64,000 nucleotides of DNA from Planctomycetales bacterium (GCA_030606285.1 JAUWGS010000002.1:125612-189611); one strand, 5' to 3'. Positions 18,671 through 26,714 are shown, counted from the first letter of the stretch. Notes: a model not told the origin generated them from the letters alone. Numbers and translations: made by a program.

Positions 18671-19309
18671 ATGGAGTCACAAGATATTCGTGCTTTGCAA
18701 TTAAGGCTTGACCGGCTGGAGGCGAGACTCGCCTCGATTTCCCCACCATCCGTCCAGGAAGTATTAAGGGCAAAAACCTTTGAGGTCGTGGATGCCAGCG
18801 GGAAGCTAAGAGCGGGGCTTGGGACACACCCTGACGGCTCGCCGGCGCTGGTGCTCACTGACGCCAGCGGGAAGCCTAGGGCGATGCTTGACACAGACGC
18901 TGACGGCTCGCCGACGCTAGCGCTCTTTGACGCGAGCGGGAAGATAAGAGCGGGGCTTAGCACAGACGCTGACGGCACGCCAGGGCTGGGGTTCCATGAC
19001 GCCAGCGGGGAGGTAAGAGCGGGGCTTGGCATACTCGCTGACGGCTCGACGTGGCTGGAGCTCTATGACGCCAGCGGGGAGCCGAGAGCGGTGCTTGGGA
19101 TACTCCCTGACGGCTCGCCGGGGCTGGATCTCTATGACGCCAGCGGGAAGGCGAGAGCCGTGCTTCGCACACGCGCTGACGGCTCGCCGGGGCTGGGGCT
19201 CTTTGACGCCAGCGAGGAGCCGAGAGCGGGGCTTCGCACACTCGCTGACGGCACGCCGGGGCTGCGGCTCTATGACGCCAGCGGGAACGTGTTGTTCTCC
19301 GCGCCGTAG
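18671..19309 (+). CDS. tandem-repeat protein: N-terminal coiled-coil-like segment plus 8 x 20-aa repeats (DASGK.RA.L.T.ADGSPGL.LY); paralog of 1768-2535
   Basis: GGGAGG RBS. 60-nt in-frame tandem repeats (about 85% nucleotide identity between units). Same family as the cassette ORF at 1768. Confidence 0.55.
   Translation: MESQDIRALQLRLDRLEARLASISPPSVQEVLRAKTFEVVDASGKLRAGLGTHPDGSPALVLTDASGKPRAMLDTDADGSPTLALFDASGKIRAGLSTDADGTPGLGFHDASGEVRAGLGILADGSTWLELYDASGEPRAVLGILPDGSPGLDLYDASGKARAVLRTRADGSPGLGLFDASEEPRAGLRTLADGTPGLRLYDASGNVLFSAP
18791..19290 (+). repeat. about 8 tandem 60-bp coding repeats (unit gacgccagcgggaag..agagcggggctt..gctgacggctcgccggggctgg..ctctat)
   Basis: Period-60 repetition read directly. 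Explains the antisense pseudo-ORFs 18917-19369 and 18957-19475. Confidence 0.8.
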
Positions 19310-19343
19310 ACAGACGCAGCATTCTAGCTCGCGTGAGGAGTGA

Positions 19344-20345
19344 ATGATGGAAGTGCATCCTGAAAACAAACTGGTGAGGGACCGTCACTTGGCGACTGCT
19401 CGCGATATACTTGTAGACGAGCAGAATCCTTGGACGCTGGAAAGCAGAGGTGAGGACTGGATTCGCCAGATTCAAGCCGAGACTCTTGCATCTCTGCTAG
19501 CTTTCGTTGAGCAGTGTTTCCAAGAAGCCATGGATGCTGTTAAGCGGCGGCTAGCGATTCCTGGTGAGTTCAAGGGAGCCCTGGCAGAACTAGTGCAGCT
19601 ATTCGCCTTACATCCCCGCAATTCGCCGCCTAGGGCTGAGCTAGTTCCCTACGATCTGGAGTATGACCCTGGAAGCGGCAGCCCAGATATCAAGATTATG
19701 CTCAATGGCGGGAAGAGCATCGGGGTTGAAGTCGCGCATCTGGAGGTGAAAAAGCCTGTCAACCATTCCGGGGGTGACCATGGATCTGTTGAGATGAGGA
19801 TCGAGGAACCTATGCACAAACTCAACGCAGTACTTGAGGGCAAAGTCGGCAGTTGTAGAAACTGCGATGTTGAAGTGCTCGCGCTTGACCTCACGGAGTA
19901 CATTAAGAAGAGGGTGTTCGTGATAGGGGATGTGTCTTCGGTTACCCACCATTTAGAGAACTACCTGTACGGTCAGCTCAAGGTCAGCTTTGAAGTCGAC
20001 CGCCGCAACGGGAGAATCAGCAATGTCCACTATATTAGAGATACGAGTGAGCTGCCTACAGTGAAAGGAGAGGATGTGGAGGGCTTTTTCCTGCGTTGGC
20101 CACATGTAGGCGCCGTAATCTACTTCTGGTGTCGCTTCGACAGTGCTGGCTCCAGTGAAAGATTCATGTGTAATCTGTATTCGAGGCTCGCGCTAAACAC
20201 TAATCCCGCAACGCCTGAGGACAAGCGGTTGCCTTCGGACCTTGCGTCTGTGCTCACGAACGTGATGAATGAGTGCGGCCCTCTTCTGGTGAGCACTGGA
20301 GAACACGGGATTAGCACCGAGCCTGATGGGGAGTGCCATGCGTGA
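19344..20345 (+). CDS. hypothetical protein, paralog A of a ~320-aa unknown family (second copy at 22587-23540)
   Basis: Shared blocks with paralog B: ETLASLLAF, PYDLEYDPGSGSPDIKI, IGVEV, ELPTVKGE, AVIYFW, NVMNE. No known domain recognised. Confidence 0.5.
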   Translation: MMEVHPENKLVRDRHLATARDILVDEQNPWTLESRGEDWIRQIQAETLASLLAFVEQCFQEAMDAVKRRLAIPGEFKGALAELVQLFALHPRNSPPRAELVPYDLEYDPGSGSPDIKIMLNGGKSIGVEVAHLEVKKPVNHSGGDHGSVEMRIEEPMHKLNAVLEGKVGSCRNCDVEVLALDLTEYIKKRVFVIGDVSSVTHHLENYLYGQLKVSFEVDRRNGRISNVHYIRDTSELPTVKGEDVEGFFLRWPHVGAVIYFWCRFDSAGSSERFMCNLYSRLALNTNPATPEDKRLPSDLASVLTNVMNECGPLLVSTGEHGISTEPDGECHA

Positions 20346-20547
20346 ATATGAAGATATCAGAATGTATGTGCGCCGGAAGCACGGGAGAGCGGTAAAGACC
20401 TGCTGGATTGCCCATGTGAAGGAATTCAACGGCCTGAAACCGAGACGCGCGCAGAATCGGTTTCCTGGAGAAGGGCGGTCAAATCCTTGCCCCGAATGGG
20501 CCCGCCCTCTCATCGAAGAGGCGATGCGGCATTATCGGATGCTCTAG
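20338..20547 (+). CDS. small hypothetical protein (69 aa), start overlaps stop of paralog A (ATGCGTGA)
   Basis: ATG at 20338 overlaps the TGA of the upstream gene by 3 nt (coupling-type arrangement). Basic, Cys/His-containing. Coding status uncertain. Confidence 0.3.
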   Translation: MREYEDIRMYVRRKHGRAVKTCWIAHVKEFNGLKPRRAQNRFPGEGRSNPCPEWARPLIEEAMRHYRML

Positions 20548-20680
20548 CTGTTCTCAAGAGCCGGGCTAGTGAGCCCGCGTACTCTTAGAGTCTTGCTGAC
20601 GGCTGATGGCTGACGGCTGATAGCTGTCACCCCCCATGCTATAATCCTCGCAGCCCACACTGCATCCGCAAAAAACGCCT

Positions 20681-22036
20681 ATGTCTGCTGAAGAGAAGTT
20701 CGATGTAATCATCGTTGGTGCGGGGCTGGCCGGCATCACCGCGGCGCTCGTCTGCGCCCGCGCGGGCCTGGAAACGGTGGTCTTCGAGCGCGGCGAATAC
20801 CCCGGCGCAAAAAACGTCTCCGGCGGCGTGCTGTTCTCGCCCATCATCCACGAGCTCATCCCCAACTTCTGGGAAACCGCGCCCGTCGAGCGACCGGTCA
20901 CGCGCAAGGAGTTCTCGTTCCTGTCCCGCGACCGCTCGCTGGCGTTCGAGTTCTCGTCGGGCAAGTTCGCCGAGCCGCCCTACAACAACACGTTTTCCGT
21001 CCTGCGCGCCAAATTCGACCGCTGGTACGCCGAGCAGGCGGAAGAGGCCGGCGCGTTCTTCGTCACCGACACCGTGGTGGACGACATCATCATGGACGGC
21101 GGCAAAGCCGTTGGCGTGAGAGCGCGGCGCGATGAAGGCGAGATGTACGCCGACTGCGTCATCATCGCCGAGGGCGCGAACGCCTTCCTGCCGGAGCGGA
21201 TGGGCCTGCGCCAGCCGTTCGGCCCCCGCGACATGGTCACGTGCGCCAAGGAAGTGCTCTCACTGCCCGCGGAAGCCATCGAGGATCGGTTCAACCTGGA
21301 GCCCGGCGAGGGATGCAGCATTGACTTCTTCGGCGAGGGCGCGTGCAGAGGGATGCTCGGCGCGGGCTTCATCTACACAAATAAGGATACGCTGTCCGTC
21401 GGCATCGGCGTGGCGGTGAGCGACGTAATGAAGCGCAAACTCACGCCGTTCAACGTGCTGGAGTACTTCAAGAGTCACCGAAGCGTCCGGCGTCTGCTCA
21501 AGGACGCGAAGCTGGAGGAATACTCGGCGCACCTCATCCCCGAATACGGCTACAGGAAGTTCTATCCGCGCTATGGCGACGGCTGGATGATCGTCGGCGA
21601 CACGGCGGGCTTCGTGAATACGAGCCTGTACCACGAGGGCACGAACTACGCGACGATGAGCGGCAAGCTCGCGGGCGAAACGGCGGTCGCAGCGAAGGAG
21701 AAGAGCGATTTCAGCGTGGCAACGCTTGCGGCATACGATAAAGCGCTCGAAGAATCGTTCGTGATGCAGGATCTGAAGCGCTTCCGCGACGTGGCGAGCT
21801 TCATGCACAAGCATCCTGAATTCCTCGGCGATTATCCGGAGAAGCTCATCGAGATGGCGGAGCGCTACTTCACCGTAACCGGCGAGCCGAAGGAAAAGGT
21901 GCTCAAGCACGCTGTGCGCGGCTTCCGCAGCAAGCTGTCGCTGTTGCGCACGGCGCTTTCGTCGCTGGCAATGATGCAAAAGGTGCTGGGCATCGACCCG
22001 AAATGGTTCCTCTTTCCGGGCAAGGAGGAGAAATAG
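20681..22036 (+). CDS. fixC: electron-transfer-flavoprotein:quinone oxidoreductase FixC-like (FAD-dependent)
   Basis: N-terminal FAD fold FDVIIVGAGLAGITAALVCARAGLETVVFERGEYPGAKNVSGG. Length ~450 aa. Followed by a fixX-like ferredoxin. Confidence 0.75.
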   Translation: MSAEEKFDVIIVGAGLAGITAALVCARAGLETVVFERGEYPGAKNVSGGVLFSPIIHELIPNFWETAPVERPVTRKEFSFLSRDRSLAFEFSSGKFAEPPYNNTFSVLRAKFDRWYAEQAEEAGAFFVTDTVVDDIIMDGGKAVGVRARRDEGEMYADCVIIAEGANAFLPERMGLRQPFGPRDMVTCAKEVLSLPAEAIEDRFNLEPGEGCSIDFFGEGACRGMLGAGFIYTNKDTLSVGIGVAVSDVMKRKLTPFNVLEYFKSHRSVRRLLKDAKLEEYSAHLIPEYGYRKFYPRYGDGWMIVGDTAGFVNTSLYHEGTNYATMSGKLAGETAVAAKEKSDFSVATLAAYDKALEESFVMQDLKRFRDVASFMHKHPEFLGDYPEKLIEMAERYFTVTGEPKEKVLKHAVRGFRSKLSLLRTALSSLAMMQKVLGIDPKWFLFPGKEEK

Positions 22037-22522
22037 ATGGCTGAAGAAAAACACGAGCAGATGCTGGAGCTGATTGGCAAGAACGTCGAGGAAATCGGCG
22101 CGGGCGGACAGGGAAAGACGCGCGGCGTGCCGGGCGCGGACGCGAAGGCGTTTGACTGCACCCAGCCCGCAGGCGAAGTAAATATCCGCAGCCAGGAAGA
22201 TGCGTGCGAGCTGCACGCGCCACGCGAGAAGCTGCCCTACGAGATGGTGGCGCTGGACGATAAACTCGGCGTCACCAAGTTCGTGGCCGCCGACGAAGAT
22301 CCGCACCTGCTGGTGGACAACAGCATCTGCCGCGAGTGCCCCGGGCAGTGGTGCCTCTACGTGTGCCCCTCGCAGCGCTACAGCAAGGACGCGGACGGCG
22401 TCATCCACGTGGACAGCGAAGGCTGCTTAGAGTGCGGCACCTGCCGCGTCGCCTGCCTGCCGGGCGGTCTCTACTGGAAGTACCCCCTCGGCGGCTTCGG
22501 CGTGTGCTTCAGATGGGGGTAA
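22037..22522 (+). CDS. fixX: FixX-like ferredoxin-like protein with ~65-aa N-terminal extension
   Basis: C-terminal region CRECPGQWCLYVCP...CLECGTCRVACLP typical of FixX. Start codon immediately follows the fixC stop. Confidence 0.6.
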   Translation: MAEEKHEQMLELIGKNVEEIGAGGQGKTRGVPGADAKAFDCTQPAGEVNIRSQEDACELHAPREKLPYEMVALDDKLGVTKFVAADEDPHLLVDNSICRECPGQWCLYVCPSQRYSKDADGVIHVDSEGCLECGTCRVACLPGGLYWKYPLGGFGVCFRWG

Positions 22523-22586
22523 GCGCAGTTTGAGTGCCAGGATTAGAGAAGCACTCGGGCGTTGTGAACGTTACTAAGGACTACAT

Positions 22587-23540
22587 ATGAAGAAAGCGGA
22601 ATTGATTAGAGATGGGATGATGCCCAACGCCAAAGCTATTTTGGAGAAGACGGAGAATCCTTGGCGCATGCGGTGGGAAAAGGCTGAGTCGCTGCAGAAG
22701 TCTCAGACTGAAACCTTGGCTTCTTTGCTAGCTTTTATTAAAGCGCTGTTTCCAGAAGCTTTGAACGCAGTAAACCGTAGGCTTGGCAATCCACGAGAGT
22801 TTCTCAGCACACTCTCTGAGCTTACGCTGCTCTTCGTCCTTCATCCCGCCAGCTCTGCTCCTAAACTAGGGTTAGCACCATACGAACTTCAATACGACCC
22901 CGGCACAGGGAGCCCTGACATCAAGATCGACCGTCCTAATGAGCCTGCCATCGGGATAGAAGTAACCCGTCCGGGAGTTAAAGATGGTGTAAACCGTCTA
23001 CTTGTTTCCGACGATCCTGACCCGCGATCGGTAGATGAGAAAATTGCATATGAGATGCATAAGCTATTCGCTGAACTTGAGGAAAAGGTGGGGAAATTCG
23101 GTTCTAGTGGCATCAAGGTCATTGCTTTAGATATAACCGACTATATGGGGAGCATATTCCTGTCCGAGTACTCAGCCAGTTATCATATAGAGAGCTATCT
23201 ATATGGCCAGGCTAAGATGACGATAAGCGTACACACGAACGAGGTGTATGCTTGGCGCGATGCTAGCGAGTTGCCAACAGTGAAGGGAGAGGGCGTACAC
23301 TCCTTCTTTGACCTCCATAGGGATGTCGCTGCGGTAATTTACTTCTGGCACGACTATTACAGGGGATCGCCTATCGAGGGATACCGTTTCACAATATGCT
23401 CTAAGCTTGCAGTAAACCTGGCATCCCCTGAAGAACAGAAATTGCCTTGGAATCTGGCGTTTGCCTTATCTAATGTGATGAATGAAGGCGGTCCATTCAC
23501 CGTAGTAGACCTTAGAGGCTGGGGTGTGCGGGTAGTATGA
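22587..23540 (+). CDS. hypothetical protein, paralog B of the ~320-aa unknown family
   Basis: See paralog A. Same conserved blocks in the same order. Confidence 0.5.
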   Translation: MKKAELIRDGMMPNAKAILEKTENPWRMRWEKAESLQKSQTETLASLLAFIKALFPEALNAVNRRLGNPREFLSTLSELTLLFVLHPASSAPKLGLAPYELQYDPGTGSPDIKIDRPNEPAIGIEVTRPGVKDGVNRLLVSDDPDPRSVDEKIAYEMHKLFAELEEKVGKFGSSGIKVIALDITDYMGSIFLSEYSASYHIESYLYGQAKMTISVHTNEVYAWRDASELPTVKGEGVHSFFDLHRDVAAVIYFWHDYYRGSPIEGYRFTICSKLAVNLASPEEQKLPWNLAFALSNVMNEGGPFTVVDLRGWGVRVV

Positions 23541-23651
23541 ACTAGGAAGTGGCTTCGCAAGAACCATCCTGAGCTACTTGGCGATTGACGAGATAGTGTG
23601 GCTGCTGCTTTCGCTTTACCCCTCATCGAAAACCGCTTACAATAGCCAGCG

Positions 23652-23705
23652 ATGCCAGAGCGAACGCGGAGAATCGGCTATGGGATGCTGGTCTATCTTG
23701 AGTAA
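23652..23705 (+). pseudogene. relic of the nadD 5' end ([17 protein letters not shown]), left-hand copy of the repeat flanking the MNT-HEPN cassette
   Basis: First 8 codons identical to the real nadD start at 25038. 21-nt identical core gagcgaacgcggagaatcggc at 23658-23678 and 25044-25064. About 70-nt imperfect direct repeat 23612-23684 vs 24999-25073. Confidence 0.5.
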
Positions 23706-23748
23706 GGTCAGAGGACACATAGGTTGATGCGCTAGCCGGCCTAGCCAA

Positions 23749-23789
23749 TTGTGGTAGTATTAACCATGCTTGTGGTTATATTAACCATG
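23749..23789 (+). promoter_or_regulatory. two tandem 20-bp direct repeats (ttgtggtagtattaaccatg and ttgtggttatattaaccatg), each with a near-palindrome TGGT(A/T)(G/A)-N3-TAACCA; candidate operator for the wHTH-MNT protein
   Basis: AT-rich island in a GC-rich intergenic region, 120 nt upstream of the MNT gene. Confidence 0.4.
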
Positions 23790-23911
23790 ATTATGGAGAA
23801 TTCACGGATGAGATTCGACTATCAGACTATGAGGTGCCAAGTTGGCACCTCAATGATAGCGAAAACCTATAACCCGCACAGCTGTGCGCCGCAGCTGCTG
23901 GCCGCTGTTCT

Positions 23912-24517
23912 ATGAGAAAGAAGAACATAGTCGAATCGCTCTTTCCCCTCATCCGGCGACTCGTGCTCGGTGAACTCGTGCGTTCAAAGGGAGAGAGTAT
24001 TCATATTCACGAGCTGGCGCGACGTGTGGGGAAAGAAGCCAAGAGCGTCTACAACGAACTGAAAAACCTCGAAAACTCAAGTATCGTGACGTCTCAGCGT
24101 GTGGGCAATCAAGTCCACTACTCCCTCAATCCCGCCTGTCCGGTCTATCCCGAACTCCGGATGCTCATTATTAAGACCGTAGGACTGGTGGATGTAATGC
24201 GCGATGCGCTCAAGCCGTTGGCTAAGAAAATCAAGGTGGCCTTTATATATGGAAGCTTCGCGCGCGGCGAGGAGCGCGCAGACAGCGATGTTGACGTGAT
24301 GGTTATCGGCGATGTGTCCTTCGGCGAGGTGGTCAGTGCGCTGGTCCCAGCGCAGGAGCAGCTTCGGCGCGAGGTCAACCCTACGGTTTACCCGCCTGCG
24401 GAGTTCCGGGAGAAGCTGGCGTCGGGGAAGCATTTCCTGACCGCAGTGATGGGTGCGGAGAAGATCTTCCTGGTGGGCGATGAACGAGAGCTTGAGCAAC
24501 TTGGCGGACGGCGTTAG
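23912..24517 (+). CDS. winged-HTH (ArsR-like) plus minimal nucleotidyltransferase (MNT) fusion protein, antitoxin-like
   Basis: NTase motif GSFARGEERADSDVDVMVIGD (GS-x9-13-DxD). N-terminal wHTH. Paralog at 47852. Confidence 0.7.
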   Translation: MRKKNIVESLFPLIRRLVLGELVRSKGESIHIHELARRVGKEAKSVYNELKNLENSSIVTSQRVGNQVHYSLNPACPVYPELRMLIIKTVGLVDVMRDALKPLAKKIKVAFIYGSFARGEERADSDVDVMVIGDVSFGEVVSALVPAQEQLRREVNPTVYPPAEFREKLASGKHFLTAVMGAEKIFLVGDERELEQLGGRR

Positions 24518-24926
24518 GCTCGCCACCCACGAAACCAGCCCGGCGGAAATCGCCGAGCTGCTAGCGGTCGCCGACCGTGACCTTCAAGACTGCATCGACG
24601 GCAGGCTCAGTGCGGACAACCTGCTGAGCATTGCCTACAGCGCAGGCCTTGTCTGCGCGAAGATTGCGCTGGCCGCCGCGGGTTACCGGGCCGGCCACCA
24701 ATCCGCTCATTATTGGACCATTCAGTCCCTCAAGCACACTCTTGGCCTTGACCGGATGCTGGTTGACCGGCTTGATGCCTTTCGCAAGAAGCGCAACGTC
24801 AGCGACTACGAAATGGTGGGAGCCGTGACCGACCGGGAAGCGGACGAGATGCTGGAGCTTGCGAAGTTCCTTCGCAGCAAGGTGGAGGACTGGCTTCGGT
24901 CGCGTTATCCAGGTCTGCTTGCGTAG
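24480..24926 (+). CDS. HEPN / NTase-substrate-binding-like protein (putative toxin partner of MNT)
   Basis: Overlaps the MNT gene 3' end. All-helical. R-x4-basic segment RKKRNVSDYE where the paralog has RKRRHDVIYD. Start codon choice (24480) is uncertain. Confidence 0.55.
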   Translation: MNESLSNLADGVRLATHETSPAEIAELLAVADRDLQDCIDGRLSADNLLSIAYSAGLVCAKIALAAAGYRAGHQSAHYWTIQSLKHTLGLDRMLVDRLDAFRKKRNVSDYEMVGAVTDREADEMLELAKFLRSKVEDWLRSRYPGLLA

Positions 24927-25037
24927 GATTGTGCTTCACTCTTGTGCGCTATACACCAAGCTCTCAACAAGTAACAGCCAGCAGTCGACCCCTGTCTATC
25001 TTTACCCCATTCCTAAAAGCGCATACAATACGCACCG

Positions 25038-25670
25038 ATGCCCGAGCGAACGCGGAGAATCGGCATTATGGGCGGGTCGTTCAATCCCATCCACAACGGG
25101 CACCTCGTCGCCGCCCAGGAAGCGCACTGCAAGTTCAACCTGGAGCGCATCATTTTCGTACCCGCCTACCACAACCCGTACAAGACCGGCGAGAAGTACG
25201 AGCGCGAGCTGGCGTCCACCTTCCACCGTTTCACCATGATCGAGCTGGCAACCTCGTCCAATCCCGATTTCTACGTCTCCAGCTTCGAAATCGACCGCCA
25301 GACTCCAAGCTACGCGCTGGACACTCTCAAGCATTTCCACGAGGAGTTCGGGGAGGGCACCAGCCTCTACTTCATCACCGGGACCGACGCCGTGATGACA
25401 ATGCCCCACTGGCAGGGCGTCGAGGAGTTCCACAAATACTGCGAGGTCATCGCGGTGACGCGACCGAGCTACATTCCGCAGTACGAGGAGTTCCTCGGTA
25501 AAGTCGCGCACCTGGGCCTCAAAGTCTACTTCGTCACGATCCCGGCGCTGGAGATATCGTCAAGCGACGTCCGCGACCGCGTCCGGCGCGGCATGCCTAT
25601 ACGTTATCTGACGCCAACGAGCGTTGCTATCTACATCGAAAAGCACGGGCTGTATCAGGAACAGGAATAG
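25038..25670 (+). CDS. nadD: nicotinate-nucleotide adenylyltransferase
   Basis: Motif [11 protein letters not shown] (HxGH), ~210 aa. TACAAT -10-like hexamer 9 nt upstream of the ATG. Confidence 0.8.
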   Translation: MPERTRRIGIMGGSFNPIHNGHLVAAQEAHCKFNLERIIFVPAYHNPYKTGEKYERELASTFHRFTMIELATSSNPDFYVSSFEIDRQTPSYALDTLKHFHEEFGEGTSLYFITGTDAVMTMPHWQGVEEFHKYCEVIAVTRPSYIPQYEEFLGKVAHLGLKVYFVTIPALEISSSDVRDRVRRGMPIRYLTPTSVAIYIEKHGLYQEQE

Positions 25671-25728
25671 CGCAAGGTCTTGCCAGAGCGCTTCGCAAGT
25701 GGTAATATTATCGTTCGCGATTTGTCCT

Positions 25729-26100
25729 ATGCCGACGATTAATCAGCTAATTCGGAAACCGAGGAAGAAGTCGCGGCGCACTAGCGATGCGCCCGCGCTC
25801 AAATCCTGCCCGCAACGGCGCGGGGTCTGTACGCGCGTGTGGACGGTGACACCCAGAAAGCCAAACTCCGCGCTGCGCAAGGTCGCGCGGGTGAAGCTCA
25901 CAAGCGGCTACGAAGTCACAGCGTACATTCCAGGGGTCGGACACAATCTGGCCGAGCACAGCGTTGTTCTGGTGCGCGGCGGCCGCGTGAAAGACCTCGC
26001 GGGAGTTCGTTACCACGTCATTCGCGGCACGCTTGACACGGCAGGCACCAGCGACCGCAAGCAGGGCCGCAGTAAGTACGGTACAAGGCGGCCTAAGTAG
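25729..26100 (+). CDS. rpsL: 30S ribosomal protein S12
   Basis: [13 protein letters not shown]... [13 protein letters not shown] signature. Confidence 0.9.
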   Translation: MPTINQLIRKPRKKSRRTSDAPALKSCPQRRGVCTRVWTVTPRKPNSALRKVARVKLTSGYEVTAYIPGVGHNLAEHSVVLVRGGRVKDLAGVRYHVIRGTLDTAGTSDRKQGRSKYGTRRPK

Positions 26101-26109
26101 AGAGGGAGT

Positions 26110-26589
26110 ATGCCCAGAGATCCACGCAAAGTGCAGAGACACCCGCCAGAACCTGACCCGGTGTACAACTCCGTTCTGGTGTCCAAGTTCATCAGCAACA
26201 TAATGGGGCGCGGCAAGAAGAGCACCGCGCGGCGCATCTTCTACAACTCGCTTGCCATTATCGAGAAGCGGAACAAGGGTGAGGAGCCTCCTGTCAAAAT
26301 CTTTGAGCGCGCGATCCAGAACACGCTGCCCACGCTCGAGGTCAAGAGCCGCCGCGTAGGGGGCTCGACGTATCAGGTGCCGATAGAGGTGCGGCCGGAG
26401 CGAAGGTATGCGCTGGCAATGCGCTGGCTTATCGGTTACGCAAAACAGCGCAGCGGGAAGACTTTCTCGGAGAAGCTCGCTAACGAACTCATGGATGCGG
26501 CAAAGGGCGCTGGCACAGCCATCAAGAAGCGCGACGACACGCATAAGATGGCCGAGGCGAACCGCGCGTTTGCGCAGTATCGCTGGTAG
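26110..26589 (+). CDS. rpsG: 30S ribosomal protein S7
   Basis: MPRDPRKVQR...LANELMDAAKGAG. Confidence 0.9.
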   Translation: MPRDPRKVQRHPPEPDPVYNSVLVSKFISNIMGRGKKSTARRIFYNSLAIIEKRNKGEEPPVKIFERAIQNTLPTLEVKSRRVGGSTYQVPIEVRPERRYALAMRWLIGYAKQRSGKTFSEKLANELMDAAKGAGTAIKKRDDTHKMAEANRAFAQYRW

Positions 26590-26714
26590 TTTCGGTTTCA
26601 GAAGGGACCCGGGTTCTCCCGGATTTTTTCGGAGCGAATATTGGGAGCATTTGCACCCAAAATTGTCGGAACGGCCCTCGGGGCCTTCCGAATTGAATAT
26701 GGTGAGCGTAAACG

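Larger units (their letters stand above)
23686..25004 (+). mobile_element. ~1.3-kb cassette carrying the wHTH-MNT/HEPN toxin-antitoxin pair, inserted at the 5' end of nadD; no recombinase gene
   Basis: Flanked by the ~70-nt imperfect direct repeat that includes the nadD start. Same architecture as the hldC cassette. Confidence 0.4.

Noticed and set aside
18791-19290. Possible CRISPR array (regular ~60-bp periodicity)
   Set aside because: Units are contiguous with no unique spacers, are in-frame within a coding sequence that translates into 20-aa protein repeats, and there are no cas genes. It is a coding tandem repeat.
1768-19309. Diversity-generating retroelement (template/variable repeat) hypothesis for the two repeat-protein genes
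   Set aside because: No reverse transcriptase ORF in the window. The two copies are too divergent (different length, one with TM) to be a TR/VR pair. Variation is not restricted to adenine positions.
22200-22533. Alternate-frame ORFs inside fixX (22200-22430, 22336-22533)
   Set aside because: They overlap the FixX ferredoxin reading frame, which has clear Cys motifs. Their translations are Arg/Ala/Trp-rich and look like high-GC artefacts.
24453-24479. Longer HEPN start at 24453 (MRRRSSWWAM...)
   Set aside because: It would overlap the MNT gene by 65 nt in an Arg/Trp-rich frame. By alignment with the paralog at 48441, the conserved region begins near the ATG at 24480.
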